Of a stretch of DNA of 64,000 nucleotides, positions 1 to 7,931 are shown piece after piece (within the stretch, counting starts at the first letter, position 1; every line of letters begins with the position of its first letter). The stretch is from NCBI GenBank assembly GCA_964401485.1, contig CAYNYL010000006.1, positions 4,208 to 68,207 on the forward strand, read 5' to 3'. The DNA is from an uncultured Gammaproteobacteria bacterium. GTDB taxonomy: Bacteria > Patescibacteriota > Patescibacteriia > UBA9934. The notes beneath the pieces are model-generated. The model saw only the letters and a program-made list of their open reading frames with translations, made no database searches and was not told the origin of the DNA. Position numbers and translations under genes: made by a program.

Positions 1-1009
1 CTGCCGAAACCCATGAGACGACCCAAAACCGCATAACTACTTTTGGCTCCGGCCAGCCCTTTGCTTCAAAGTGGTGGTGGATTGGCGCAACGAGGAAAAT
101 TTTTCGTCCAAAGAGTTTTTTCGAAACAAGTTGGGCGATCGTTGTAAGACCCTCAACAACAAAGACGAGTCCGATAATCGGAAGAAAGAGCGCCGTGTTT
201 GTCAGCATCGCGACAACCGCAAGCGTAACCCCAAGCGACATCGCCCCCGTATCCCCCATGAAAAACCGCGCTGGGTAGATATTAAACCAAAGGAAGGCAA
301 GAAGGGCGCCAAGAACCACCCCGCAAAATCCGGCAAGCTCGTAACGTCCAAGAAGAAGCGCGATAATCGCGTACGCGGCAAACGCCGATGCGAGCGTCCC
401 ACCGGCAAGCCCGTCAAGCCCGTCGGTTTGATTAACGGAAAACGACGTGCCCACAAGAATTAAGATAAACATTGGAATATACCACCACCCGATCGTTACA
501 TCACCAATAAACGGGATGTGTAAAATATCGAACCCGAGTTTTACGAAAAACCACCAAGCGCCAATCGCCGCAATAACGGTATAAAGCGGGATCCGGTGGC
601 GCGCCTTAATCCCTCCGCCATTTCCCCCAATATTCTTTACGTTAAAAAAATCGTCGGCGAGCCCAAGGATTCCGGCGGACACAAGCGCAAACAGCGGAAG
701 CCAGGTTTGACCTCGCGAGAGAATATTCATTTTTGCAAGTCCGGCTTCAGGGACCACGACCACGCAAAGCGCAAAGACCGTCACAATCGCAAGCGTCGTT
801 CCCCAAACAATCACCCCGCCCATCGTCGGAGTCCCCGCCTTATCCTTGTGCAAACTCGCAAAAATCGGCGCCTGCGCCTTATCGCGAATCCGCTTCCCCA
901 TCTTCATCTTATAAAGCACACTCGTAAGAAGCGGCGTCCAAGCGATCGCCACAACGAAAGCAAGCGTCGTAAGAAGAAGGAGTTTCACGATATAGAAAGA
1001 CTCAACCAT
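1..1009 (-). CDS. mraY: Phospho-N-acetylmuramoyl-pentapeptide transferase MraY. N-terminus and core are present; the last ~20 C-terminal codons lie beyond the left edge, so no stop in window (hence absent from the ORF track).
   Basis: Hand translation of the minus strand from the ATG at 1007-1009 gives MVESFYIVKLLLLTTLAFVVAIAWTPLL...KDKAGTPTMGGV...NQTDGLDGLAGG...FMGDTGAMSLG...APIHHHFEAKGWPEPKVVMRFWVVSW. These are hallmark MraY motifs. The reading frame is open to position 1. Confidence 0.85.
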   Translation of the reverse strand, partial: MVESFYIVKLLLLTTLAFVVAIAWTPLLTSVLYKMKMGKRIRDKAQAPIFASLHKDKAGTPTMGGVIVWGTTLAIVTVFALCVVVVPEAGLAKMNILSRGQTWLPLFALVSAGILGLADDFFNVKNIGGNGGGIKARHRIPLYTVIAAIGAWWFFVKLGFDILHIPFIGDVTIGWWYIPMFILILVGTSFSVNQTDGLDGLAGGTLASAFAAYAIIALLLGRYELAGFCGVVLGALLAFLWFNIYPARFFMGDTGAMSLGVTLAVVAMLTNTALFLPIIGLVFVVEGLTTIAQLVSKKLFGRKIFLVAPIHHHFEAKGWPEPKVVMRFWVVSWVSA

Positions 1010-1415
1010 AATAAGCAAGATTAATGGCGACTAAGTGATAAACGGCAAGAAGCGCAAGGAGCGCGCAAAACGCACTCGTGACCGACGCGGTATAGCTCAC
1101 GAGCGGATCCTTCTTGTAAAAAATTGTGGAAAGAAGCGCATTGACGAGAAAAATACTAAGTGCGATTCCCGGAGACAAAAAGAGATAGTACCAATCCCCA
1201 ATCGTATCAACACCCGAGTGGACATTGTAATGGAGGGGTACAAAAAGTTGTGCCTTCGCTTCAGGAAGAAGCTGGTACCAAACATACCCAACCGAAAATG
1301 CGATAAGAAGAAGGCTGAACACGCTCATCCAAAAAAAGAACGGTCGGCGGTGAAGCGCGAGCGTCGAAATGACAAATTGTGCACCTTTTCGGATCATGGG
1401 ATCATTATACCGCAA
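1002..1415 (-). CDS. Small polytopic membrane protein, hypothetical. Alternative start MIRKGAQF at 1397. It overlaps the mraY start by 8 nt.
   Basis: 137-aa ORF with three or four hydrophobic helices (FFFWMSVFSLLLIAF..., YYLFLSPGIALSIFLVNALL, FCALLALLAVYHLVAI). It sits where murF would normally be. Confidence 0.45.
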   Translation of the reverse strand: MRYNDPMIRKGAQFVISTLALHRRPFFFWMSVFSLLLIAFSVGYVWYQLLPEAKAQLFVPLHYNVHSGVDTIGDWYYLFLSPGIALSIFLVNALLSTIFYKKDPLVSYTASVTSAFCALLALLAVYHLVAINLAYYG

Positions 1416-1629
1416 CTACGGATTTTATTTCAGGGATAGCGTCAATAATCGCCCGCTCCACCCCCATTTTCAGGGTTAACTGCGAAAATGGGCATCCTTT
1501 ACAGGACCCGGTCATCCGAACCCGAACAACCCCCTCCTCCAAATCCACCCCCGCAAGCTCAATATTTCCGCCGTGGCGAGCCAAGGCGGGGCGAATATAA
1601 GCGAAAACCTGTTCGATCCGTTCTTCCAT
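1405..1629 (-). CDS. NifU-like / Nfu-type Fe-S cluster assembly domain protein
   Basis: 74 aa with CxxC in MTGSCKGCPFSQLTLKMGVERAIIDAIPEI, typical of the NifU C-terminal (Nfu) domain. Confidence 0.7.
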   Translation of the reverse strand: MEERIEQVFAYIRPALARHGGNIELAGVDLEEGVVRVRMTGSCKGCPFSQLTLKMGVERAIIDAIPEIKSVVAV

Positions 1630-1701
1630 GCTATGAGGGTAACATACTTGACGAAAAATGCCATTTATCCTACTATATCCACACTATTTCGATAACCCAC
1701 T

Positions 1702-1983
1702 ATGGCACATAAGAAAGCCCAAGGATCTACAAGTAATGGACGAGACAGTTTAGCCAAACGCCTCGGCCTCAAAAAAGCAGCTGGTGAATTCGTTCGCACA
1801 GGTCAAATTTTGATCCGACAACGTGGAAGCAAGTACCGAGCGGGAGCAAACGTCGGAATCGGAAAAGACGATACCCTCTACGCAATCGCCGATGGAACCG
1901 TTTCCTTCAAGAAAAAGAAGGTCACAAACTTCCACGGAGCGTTGATGAAGAAAACCTTCGTCGAAGTACAAGCTACGGCTTAA
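1702..1983 (+). CDS. rpmA: 50S ribosomal protein L27
   Basis: [61 protein letters not shown] matches the L27 signature. Confidence 0.92.
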   Translation: MAHKKAQGSTSNGRDSLAKRLGLKKAAGEFVRTGQILIRQRGSKYRAGANVGIGKDDTLYAIADGTVSFKKKKVTNFHGALMKKTFVEVQATA

Positions 1984-1997
1984 TAGATCAATAAAAG

Positions 1998-2027
1998 AAC
2001 CCCGGGTTTACGCCTGGGGTTTTTTTC
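1998..2027 (+). terminator. Rho-independent terminator after rpmA
   Basis: GC hairpin aaccccgggtttacgcctggggtt followed by TTTTTTT. Confidence 0.7.
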
Positions 2028-2091
2028 ATTTTACACAATGCCCGCCGCAACCTTTCGAGGTCACGACGGGCACACGACGGACGGCGTTCGA

Positions 2092-2673
2092 TCAATCTTC
2101 CTCGCGAAAGATCTCCGCCCACTTTTGAAGTGCCTCCTCGATCTGCGAGATCCTGGGCGGATCCGGATCGCGAGCGAGTCTCTGCTCGATTTCTCGAGAA
2201 GCTTCCTCAAATTCGGCGTAACCCGGAGTAATCGAGCGAGGCCACTCATCCTGACTGACCTCGTAGGAACCGGGCCACCACGCCTCTGGGCGGGGGACAT
2301 GCGTGTTGTAGGAAAACTCATCGCGACCCCGTTCATCGTCAATCACGAGTACCCTTGGCTCCAGACAGGAAAGCCACGTCGCGGCGAGCACGGATGCGCC
2401 ACAGTAACTCGCCGTGAGTGCAGAGTCATCGAACCCGACTCGATCATGCTCTGCAATCTCGAATCGCAGGATGTCATTCTCCATCCGCCTCGCGACTTCG
2501 GCCAGCTCGATGCTCCTCCACGCATCACGACCCACCCACGCTTGAACAATATCTGAGTAGACGACCCCCCGAACACACACGAGACACAGCACCAGGAAAA
2601 AGACCAAGACGCTATTCTTATGGTTCACGGAACCTCCAAGTATCCCCGGAATGGCGACCGAACATACTACCAC
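2092..2673 (-). CDS. Hypothetical exported protein, possibly a C39/papain-like cysteine peptidase
   Basis: Hydrophobic N-terminus (SVLVFFLVLCLVCV); a SYCGASVLAATWLS motif resembling the Cys box of Peptidase_C39-like domains; acidic C-terminus. Local GC (~57%) is higher than the backbone. Confidence 0.35.
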   Translation of the reverse strand: MVVCSVAIPGILGGSVNHKNSVLVFFLVLCLVCVRGVVYSDIVQAWVGRDAWRSIELAEVARRMENDILRFEIAEHDRVGFDDSALTASYCGASVLAATWLSCLEPRVLVIDDERGRDEFSYNTHVPRPEAWWPGSYEVSQDEWPRSITPGYAEFEEASREIEQRLARDPDPPRISQIEEALQKWAEIFREED

Positions 2674-2702
2674 GTTATCGCGGAAAAAGCAAGCGCCCGC
2701 CG

Positions 2703-3887
2703 CTAATCCATTTCAGCAGTTTTGATTCGGAATAGAGTTACAGCAACAATAACAAGCCCGAGGACGATAAACAGCGGATACTGGATATTGAACGTTGAGA
2801 GACGCGCGGCAAGGAGGAGGAGCGGGATATCAATCAACGCCTTAATAAGCGCAAGATTTGAGAGCGTGGTTGCGCGGTGATGTGAAGCGATGTGACGATT
2901 CACCGCCTCTGAGAACCATGGGGCACGGATATCGCAAAAGATGATAAGTAAAAGCATGGAGATAAAGAGAACCGGCACAGATTTCGAAAACGCAGAGACG
3001 ATCGAAAGTAGGACAAGGATCATTGCGCTCACCCTTAAAAGAACCCCGATGCGCACTCGCTCAAGGAGCGCCTTTGTGTACCATTTACCCGCAAACGTAA
3101 GCGCGTGCATCAGGAAGTAGAAAAGTCCGAGGAGGGTCACGGAAAGACCAAAAGATTCAAGGAGTGGCTGATAGCTCCGCCAAGCAATCACGGCCGCGAC
3201 AAAAATAAGCGTTGAGTTCATTGTCGCGCGCAGGAGAAACGGGGTGGAAAAAGCAACGCGAAGCGTTTCGATGTATGCGAGAGACTCGGTCTTTTCTAAT
3301 GATCGGCGATGCTCCGGCTCTTCAAGATAGGCAAGAAGAATAAAGGCGCCCATCGCAAACAAACAGTTTATTGCGATCAAAAGCGTGAACTGCCAAGGAA
3401 GGAGTTGTGAGGCGATAACAGCTCCGAGTGTCGGAGCAAAAATTTTGATAAAATGCCGCGCCGACTCAATTCGTGCGAACTCCCCCGCCATCTCTTTTTC
3501 ACGCCCAAGCTCTTTAAGAGAATCGTAAACGAGCGCCTGCGCCGTTCCGGAAAAACAGGATTCAGCAAGCGAAAGAAGAAGGAGCGTTAGCGCAAGTTCA
3601 AAAAACCCGTAAGCAAAAAAGGAAATGACAAGCGACGCGATCACGGCAACGACTCCGAACATGAGTAGAGGCTTTCGTCCGAAGCGATCGGCGAGATAGC
3701 CGGAGGGAATTTCAAAAAGCAGTGTGCCGACCGAATAAACGACCGTAAGATAAAAAATTTCCTCAACGGTAATCCCGCGTGCCAAATAAAATAGCGCGAT
3801 AATGGCGTTCAGCATCTTAAGCTCTGTAAACGCTCGAGCCCAAAAAAGGAGGCGTGAGTTGCGGGCTAGTCGGCTAAGGCGCTTCAT
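2703..3887 (-). CDS. MFS transporter. The ORF extends to 3989, but the likely start is MKRLSRLARN at 3887.
   Basis: About 12 TM helices. The GYLADRFGRKPLL motif between TM2 and TM3 is the MFS signature (G-x-L-a-D-r-x-G-r-k). Confidence 0.75.
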   Translation of the reverse strand: MKRLSRLARNSRLLFWARAFTELKMLNAIIALFYLARGITVEEIFYLTVVYSVGTLLFEIPSGYLADRFGRKPLLMFGVVAVIASLVISFFAYGFFELALTLLLLSLAESCFSGTAQALVYDSLKELGREKEMAGEFARIESARHFIKIFAPTLGAVIASQLLPWQFTLLIAINCLFAMGAFILLAYLEEPEHRRSLEKTESLAYIETLRVAFSTPFLLRATMNSTLIFVAAVIAWRSYQPLLESFGLSVTLLGLFYFLMHALTFAGKWYTKALLERVRIGVLLRVSAMILVLLSIVSAFSKSVPVLFISMLLLIIFCDIRAPWFSEAVNRHIASHHRATTLSNLALIKALIDIPLLLLAARLSTFNIQYPLFIVLGLVIVAVTLFRIKTAEMD

Positions 3888-3925
3888 ATAGTCGTAATGT
3901 CTAAAATACGCTACCCTTAGGCAGT

Positions 3926-5053
3926 ATGCAAACCCCTCTCTCCTATCTCGAAATCGACACGGAAGCCTTGCGGGCGAACGTAAGAGCACTTCGCTCGGAG
4001 CTTAAGGGCGGACAGAAGGTTGCCGGGGTGATAAAGGCAAATGCTTATGGGCACGGCGATACGCTCGTCGCAAAGGCGCTCGAAACGGAGGTCGATTATT
4101 TTCAAATTGACGATATCGAGGAGTGGCGCCGGATCCGACTGGTTACACAAAAACCGATTCTCCTTCTTGGCTACGTCCAAACAGAAGAAGCGCGCGAGCT
4201 TCTCGGAACCGAGACGGAACTCGCCGTGTTTTCAATGGAACAACTGCGCGAACTCGCTTCCCTGTCGCAAGATCAGCCCCTAAAGATCCACCTCACCTTT
4301 GACTGCCTCCTTGGACGCGAAGGTTTCCTTCCGATCGAAGCGGGGGACGTGATTTCATTCCTTAAAAGCGCGCCGTCACTCAAACTCTCCGGCGTCTACG
4401 CACACTTCGCGAACGTCGAAGACACAACCGATCAAACTCACGCGGTGAATCAAGTCACAACGCTGACCGAAATTGTTGAAGCATTCCTCGACGCAGGATT
4501 TTCACAGTTCGAGGTCCACCACTCTTCAACCGCCGGGTCCATGATTTTTGAGGATACGCGAGAGACGATTACGACACTCGCTCGCTTGGGCGTTGGGCTC
4601 TACGGATATTGGCCAGCGGATCATTTAAAAACCGCTTCGCATCTTACGAAGGTCTCTCTCACACCCGCGCTTCGATGGATAAGCCACGTCGCACAAGTAA
4701 AAACGATCCCTGCCGGACAATCGATCGGCTACGGTCGGACCCACGTCACGGACAAGGACACCGTGATCGCCCTTATCCCACAAGGCTACTCCGACGGATT
4801 CGATCGCGGTCTCTCCGGGAAGGGCCATGTGTTAATCGCGGGAGAAAAGCGTGCGGTTCTTGGTCGCGTGTCGATGAATATGCTCGTCGTCGACGTAACG
4901 GGAAGTAGCGTAGCGCGCGGCGATGAAGTGGTCCTTATCGGCCAACAAGGAAACGCATCGATCACAGCAACCGATATCGCAAACGAGATTAGCACAATCG
5001 ACTACGAAATCCTCGCGCGACTCTCGCCCCTCCTTCCTCGAATCGCAACATAA
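3926..5053 (+). CDS. alr: Alanine racemase
   Basis: N-terminal VAGVIKANAYGHGDTLVAKAL (PLP-binding Lys in AVVKANAYGHG-type motif), 375 aa, fold-type III PLP enzyme. Confidence 0.85.
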   Translation: MQTPLSYLEIDTEALRANVRALRSELKGGQKVAGVIKANAYGHGDTLVAKALETEVDYFQIDDIEEWRRIRLVTQKPILLLGYVQTEEARELLGTETELAVFSMEQLRELASLSQDQPLKIHLTFDCLLGREGFLPIEAGDVISFLKSAPSLKLSGVYAHFANVEDTTDQTHAVNQVTTLTEIVEAFLDAGFSQFEVHHSSTAGSMIFEDTRETITTLARLGVGLYGYWPADHLKTASHLTKVSLTPALRWISHVAQVKTIPAGQSIGYGRTHVTDKDTVIALIPQGYSDGFDRGLSGKGHVLIAGEKRAVLGRVSMNMLVVDVTGSSVARGDEVVLIGQQGNASITATDIANEISTIDYEILARLSPLLPRIAT

Positions 5054-5159
5054 TCCCCAGGGTGATCGTTGACCGAAGCGCCTACATATGTTTCAATGAA
5101 TTCATCCCGGATGGCTTTACACGAGCTCCTAGGGTGACGCAAAAATATCCCCAATAGCG

Positions 5160-5173
5160 CGAACATTTGTTCA
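5160..5173 (+). promoter_or_regulatory. Cheo-type SOS box (GAAC-N4-GTTC) upstream of the lexA-MTase fusion gene, embedded in the palindrome ATCCCCAA...TTGGGGAT (5148-5186)
   Basis: Sequence cgCGAACATTTGTTCAga is a perfect match to the Gram-positive LexA operator consensus CGAACRNRYGTTYG. It lies ~105 bp upstream of the ATG at 5277. Confidence 0.55.
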
Positions 5174-5276
5174 GACTGTTGGGGATTTTTTGTTGCCCCT
5201 AGCGTCAACTTTAGTTTTCCACAGGCTCATTCGTGACATGCTTCCTTTTTCGTATTTTTTCGTATATTGTTTGAAT

Positions 5277-6836
5277 ATGAGCAAAAATCGCAAGCATCAA
5301 ATCCTCGAATATATAAAAACCCATATAAAATCGAATGGCGGGTCTCCGACCCTTTACGAGATAAAAAACGGCGTTGGCTTAAAGTCTGTGTCAACGGTAC
5401 ACAAACACATCAAAGACTTGATCAGTGAGGATCTTTTACGAGATGACGGCTTGAATGGATACATCATAACCGCGCACTCAAGCAACACATCTAGTCGCGT
5501 TTCAGTTATTGGAACTATTACCGCAGGTGCCCCTATCGAAGCCATTGAAGACAACGACGATATCGTATGGGTTTCCGATCTACCGGCAAACAGCGATTTT
5601 TATGCATTGCGCGTAGCTGGCGACAGCATGATCGACGAAGGAATCTTCGATGGTGATTTAGTCATAATTAAAAAGCAAACCTCTGCAGAAAATGGCCAAA
5701 CCGTAGTAGCAATTATTGATAATAACCAAGCAACGTTAAAAAAAATATATAAAGAAAAGGGGGTCTTCCGCCTTCAGCCAGCCAATCAGAAAATGTTACC
5801 TCTTTTTAAAACCGAAGTTGAGGTACGCGGCATCGTCTGGTCTGTGATTCGTAATTTTAACAGACAGAAAGTTAATCAATCAAAAATCATACCTACAAAA
5901 GAGTGGCGCACTGTTGATTTATTTGCGGGCGTTGGGGGCATTCGTCTAGGTTTTGAAAAGGTTGGTTTTAGCACTGTATTCGCAAACGATTTCGAAGCCA
6001 AGTGTGCGGAAACATACAATACAAACTTTAAAACAACAAAATTAACAATCGAAGACATCACAAAAATTTCAACCAGTGATATTCCAGACTGCGACTTTGT
6101 TCTCGGTGGCTTTCCGTGCCAAGCATTCTCGATTGCGGGCTATCGTCACGGCTTCGAAGACCTGAAAGGTCGCGGAAATTTATTCTTCGATATAGCCCGA
6201 ATCATACAAGATAAACAACCCACCGGTTTTTTACTCGAAAACGTTAAAAACCTTAAATCTCACGACAATGGGAAAACTTTCAAAATTATAGAACAGACGC
6301 TTAGGGACCTGGGTTATTTTGTAAAAACTAAAATCCTGAACTCAATGGAATACGGTAACGTTCCACAGAACAGAGAACGCATTTATATAGTTGGCTTCAA
6401 GGATCAAAAAAGAGCCTCGCGATTTGAATTCCCAGAACCGATTCCACTCACAAAAACGATCAAGGATGTTTTAGAGGAAAATGTGGATGGGAAATACTAC
6501 TACAACGGCAAACCGCTATATGAACGATTAAAGAACGACGTAAGCGAAGAAAATTCCGTTTACCAATGGAGAAGGCAATACGTACGAAAGAATAAAAAAG
6601 GCGTCTGCCCAACGCTAACCGCAAATATGGGGACCGGTGGACACAATGTACCGATAATCTTTGACGGGCAAGGAATAAGGAAGCTCACGCCACGAGAATG
6701 TTTTAGGATACAAGGCTTCCCTGACAACTACAAATTACCCAAACTCGCCGATAGTGCGCTATATAAACAGGCTGGAAACTCAGTTTCCGTACCAGTCTTA
6801 ACAAGAATAGCCGAGCAAATAATGAAAGTATTATAA
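5277..6836 (+). CDS. LexA repressor (winged-HTH plus S24 peptidase domain) fused in-frame to a DNA (cytosine-5)-methyltransferase. The ORF opens at 5190, but the likely start is MSKNRKHQ at 5277.
   Basis: Residues 1-~200 align along their full length with LexA: ITAGAP (Ala-Gly cleavage site), RVAGDSMIDEGIFDGDLVIIKK (catalytic Ser and Lys), and C-terminal VRGIVWSVIRNF versus E. coli GLAVGVIRNG. Residues ~215-520 carry C5-MTase motifs: DLFAGVGGIRLGF (motif I), GGFPCQAFSIAG (motif IV, catalytic Cys), ENVKNL (VI) and QNRERIYIVGF (VIII). Confidence 0.85.
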   Translation: MSKNRKHQILEYIKTHIKSNGGSPTLYEIKNGVGLKSVSTVHKHIKDLISEDLLRDDGLNGYIITAHSSNTSSRVSVIGTITAGAPIEAIEDNDDIVWVSDLPANSDFYALRVAGDSMIDEGIFDGDLVIIKKQTSAENGQTVVAIIDNNQATLKKIYKEKGVFRLQPANQKMLPLFKTEVEVRGIVWSVIRNFNRQKVNQSKIIPTKEWRTVDLFAGVGGIRLGFEKVGFSTVFANDFEAKCAETYNTNFKTTKLTIEDITKISTSDIPDCDFVLGGFPCQAFSIAGYRHGFEDLKGRGNLFFDIARIIQDKQPTGFLLENVKNLKSHDNGKTFKIIEQTLRDLGYFVKTKILNSMEYGNVPQNRERIYIVGFKDQKRASRFEFPEPIPLTKTIKDVLEENVDGKYYYNGKPLYERLKNDVSEENSVYQWRRQYVRKNKKGVCPTLTANMGTGGHNVPIIFDGQGIRKLTPRECFRIQGFPDNYKLPKLADSALYKQAGNSVSVPVLTRIAEQIMKVL

Positions 6837-6840
6837 ACAA

Positions 6841-7926
6841 TTACTCTATACATCGCCTGATATCTGCGAGCATAATCTCTTCTTTACTTGGTATCATATC
6901 AACGATAGATTTGTGGGCGAAATATTCGTCGAAATCTTTTGACGATCTATCGAGTATTCCGAACTTTATAATATATGCTTTATCAGCCTGCAAGACTATA
7001 TCATTCAGCATCGCTTCGCCCGTGGTAATGATGGTTACGGAGCTCTTGCTATTCTTTATGAAACGTATATTTTGGATGCCGTCAACGTAGATATCCAGCA
7101 TCTTGTGGCTCGCTATAGCGTCCAAAACATTACCATTCCACCGATACAGCCCGTCCCCTTTCGGTGAAATTATATCGGAAAATGGTGTAATTGTTGAAAT
7201 AATTTTTGGGGACCTGGTTTCGCGTATGCGCTCTACATACACCGGGCTCTCCTTTGCAAAACACAGCGTGGAAAAAGACATAAAATCGTTTGCCATGCAA
7301 ACCGTGATAGGCTTAAGAGATCCCAAATTTGTGTTTTGACGATCAATTCGTGCAACCGAAGAGACGTCGCTATTGTCGTTCGATTTTATAAAGACTTCAT
7401 CGTTCATTTTTAAACCCTCATAAACGCTATCGTCGGTTACCGTCTGCTCAAAAAATGGCAAAAGATAGTCGCAATTAAGATTTGTTTCTACCAAGACCAA
7501 ATATTTATGATCGTAGCCCTGATTACGCAAACTTACCATGTATTGAGCTTTCTTGAATGTTTTTACTTCAATTTGTGGTGAGCCCTCGAGGGCGCGCCAT
7601 TCGTTCACGTACTCTACGAATGGTTTTAACTCTGTTCCAACTTTAATTCCAAGAACATCAGGAGCTATACCGGATTCCTTCGGTTTATACTTATAATAAT
7701 CAGAAATTACAGATAAATTGTCCGCTATCTTTGGCAAGAAATATTTATTAAAAATAACACTTTCGGGAATAATGTTGATCCAGCGATCAAAAATACCGCC
7801 TATGTAATCGCTCTTGCCACTCAACCCTCCATACATTCTTCCTCGTTGCGCCAATGAGCAAACAAAGTAGATATACGGTATAACGTCCTCTTTATTGATT
7901 ACTATTTCTTGATTGATTCTCTGCAT
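6841..7926 (-). CDS. Hypothetical protein, candidate Type II restriction endonuclease cognate to the adjacent C5-MTase
   Basis: Lies tail-to-tail with the MTase with a 4-bp gap and shares its low GC. A possible PD-(D/E)xK-like arrangement is present (APDVLGIKVG...SPQIEVKTFKK). No other recognisable family signature. Confidence 0.4.
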   Translation of the reverse strand: MQRINQEIVINKEDVIPYIYFVCSLAQRGRMYGGLSGKSDYIGGIFDRWINIIPESVIFNKYFLPKIADNLSVISDYYKYKPKESGIAPDVLGIKVGTELKPFVEYVNEWRALEGSPQIEVKTFKKAQYMVSLRNQGYDHKYLVLVETNLNCDYLLPFFEQTVTDDSVYEGLKMNDEVFIKSNDNSDVSSVARIDRQNTNLGSLKPITVCMANDFMSFSTLCFAKESPVYVERIRETRSPKIISTITPFSDIISPKGDGLYRWNGNVLDAIASHKMLDIYVDGIQNIRFIKNSKSSVTIITTGEAMLNDIVLQADKAYIIKFGILDRSSKDFDEYFAHKSIVDMIPSKEEIMLADIRRCIE

Positions 7927-7931
7927 ATCAT

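Noticed and set aside
71-1024. Plus-strand ORFs 71-463 and 596-1024 (Lys/Arg-rich, 130 and 142 aa) and the minus-strand ORF 202-456
   Set aside because: They are out-of-frame or antisense translations across the mraY gene. The genuine minus-strand frame there gives textbook MraY motifs and is open to the window edge.
2038-2556. 172-aa plus-strand ORF overlapping the 2092-2673 minus-strand gene
   Set aside because: A strong rpmA terminator lies immediately upstream, and the ORF has no signal peptide or recognisable domain. The opposite-strand ORF has a signal peptide and a peptidase-like motif. It is retained only as the less likely alternative.
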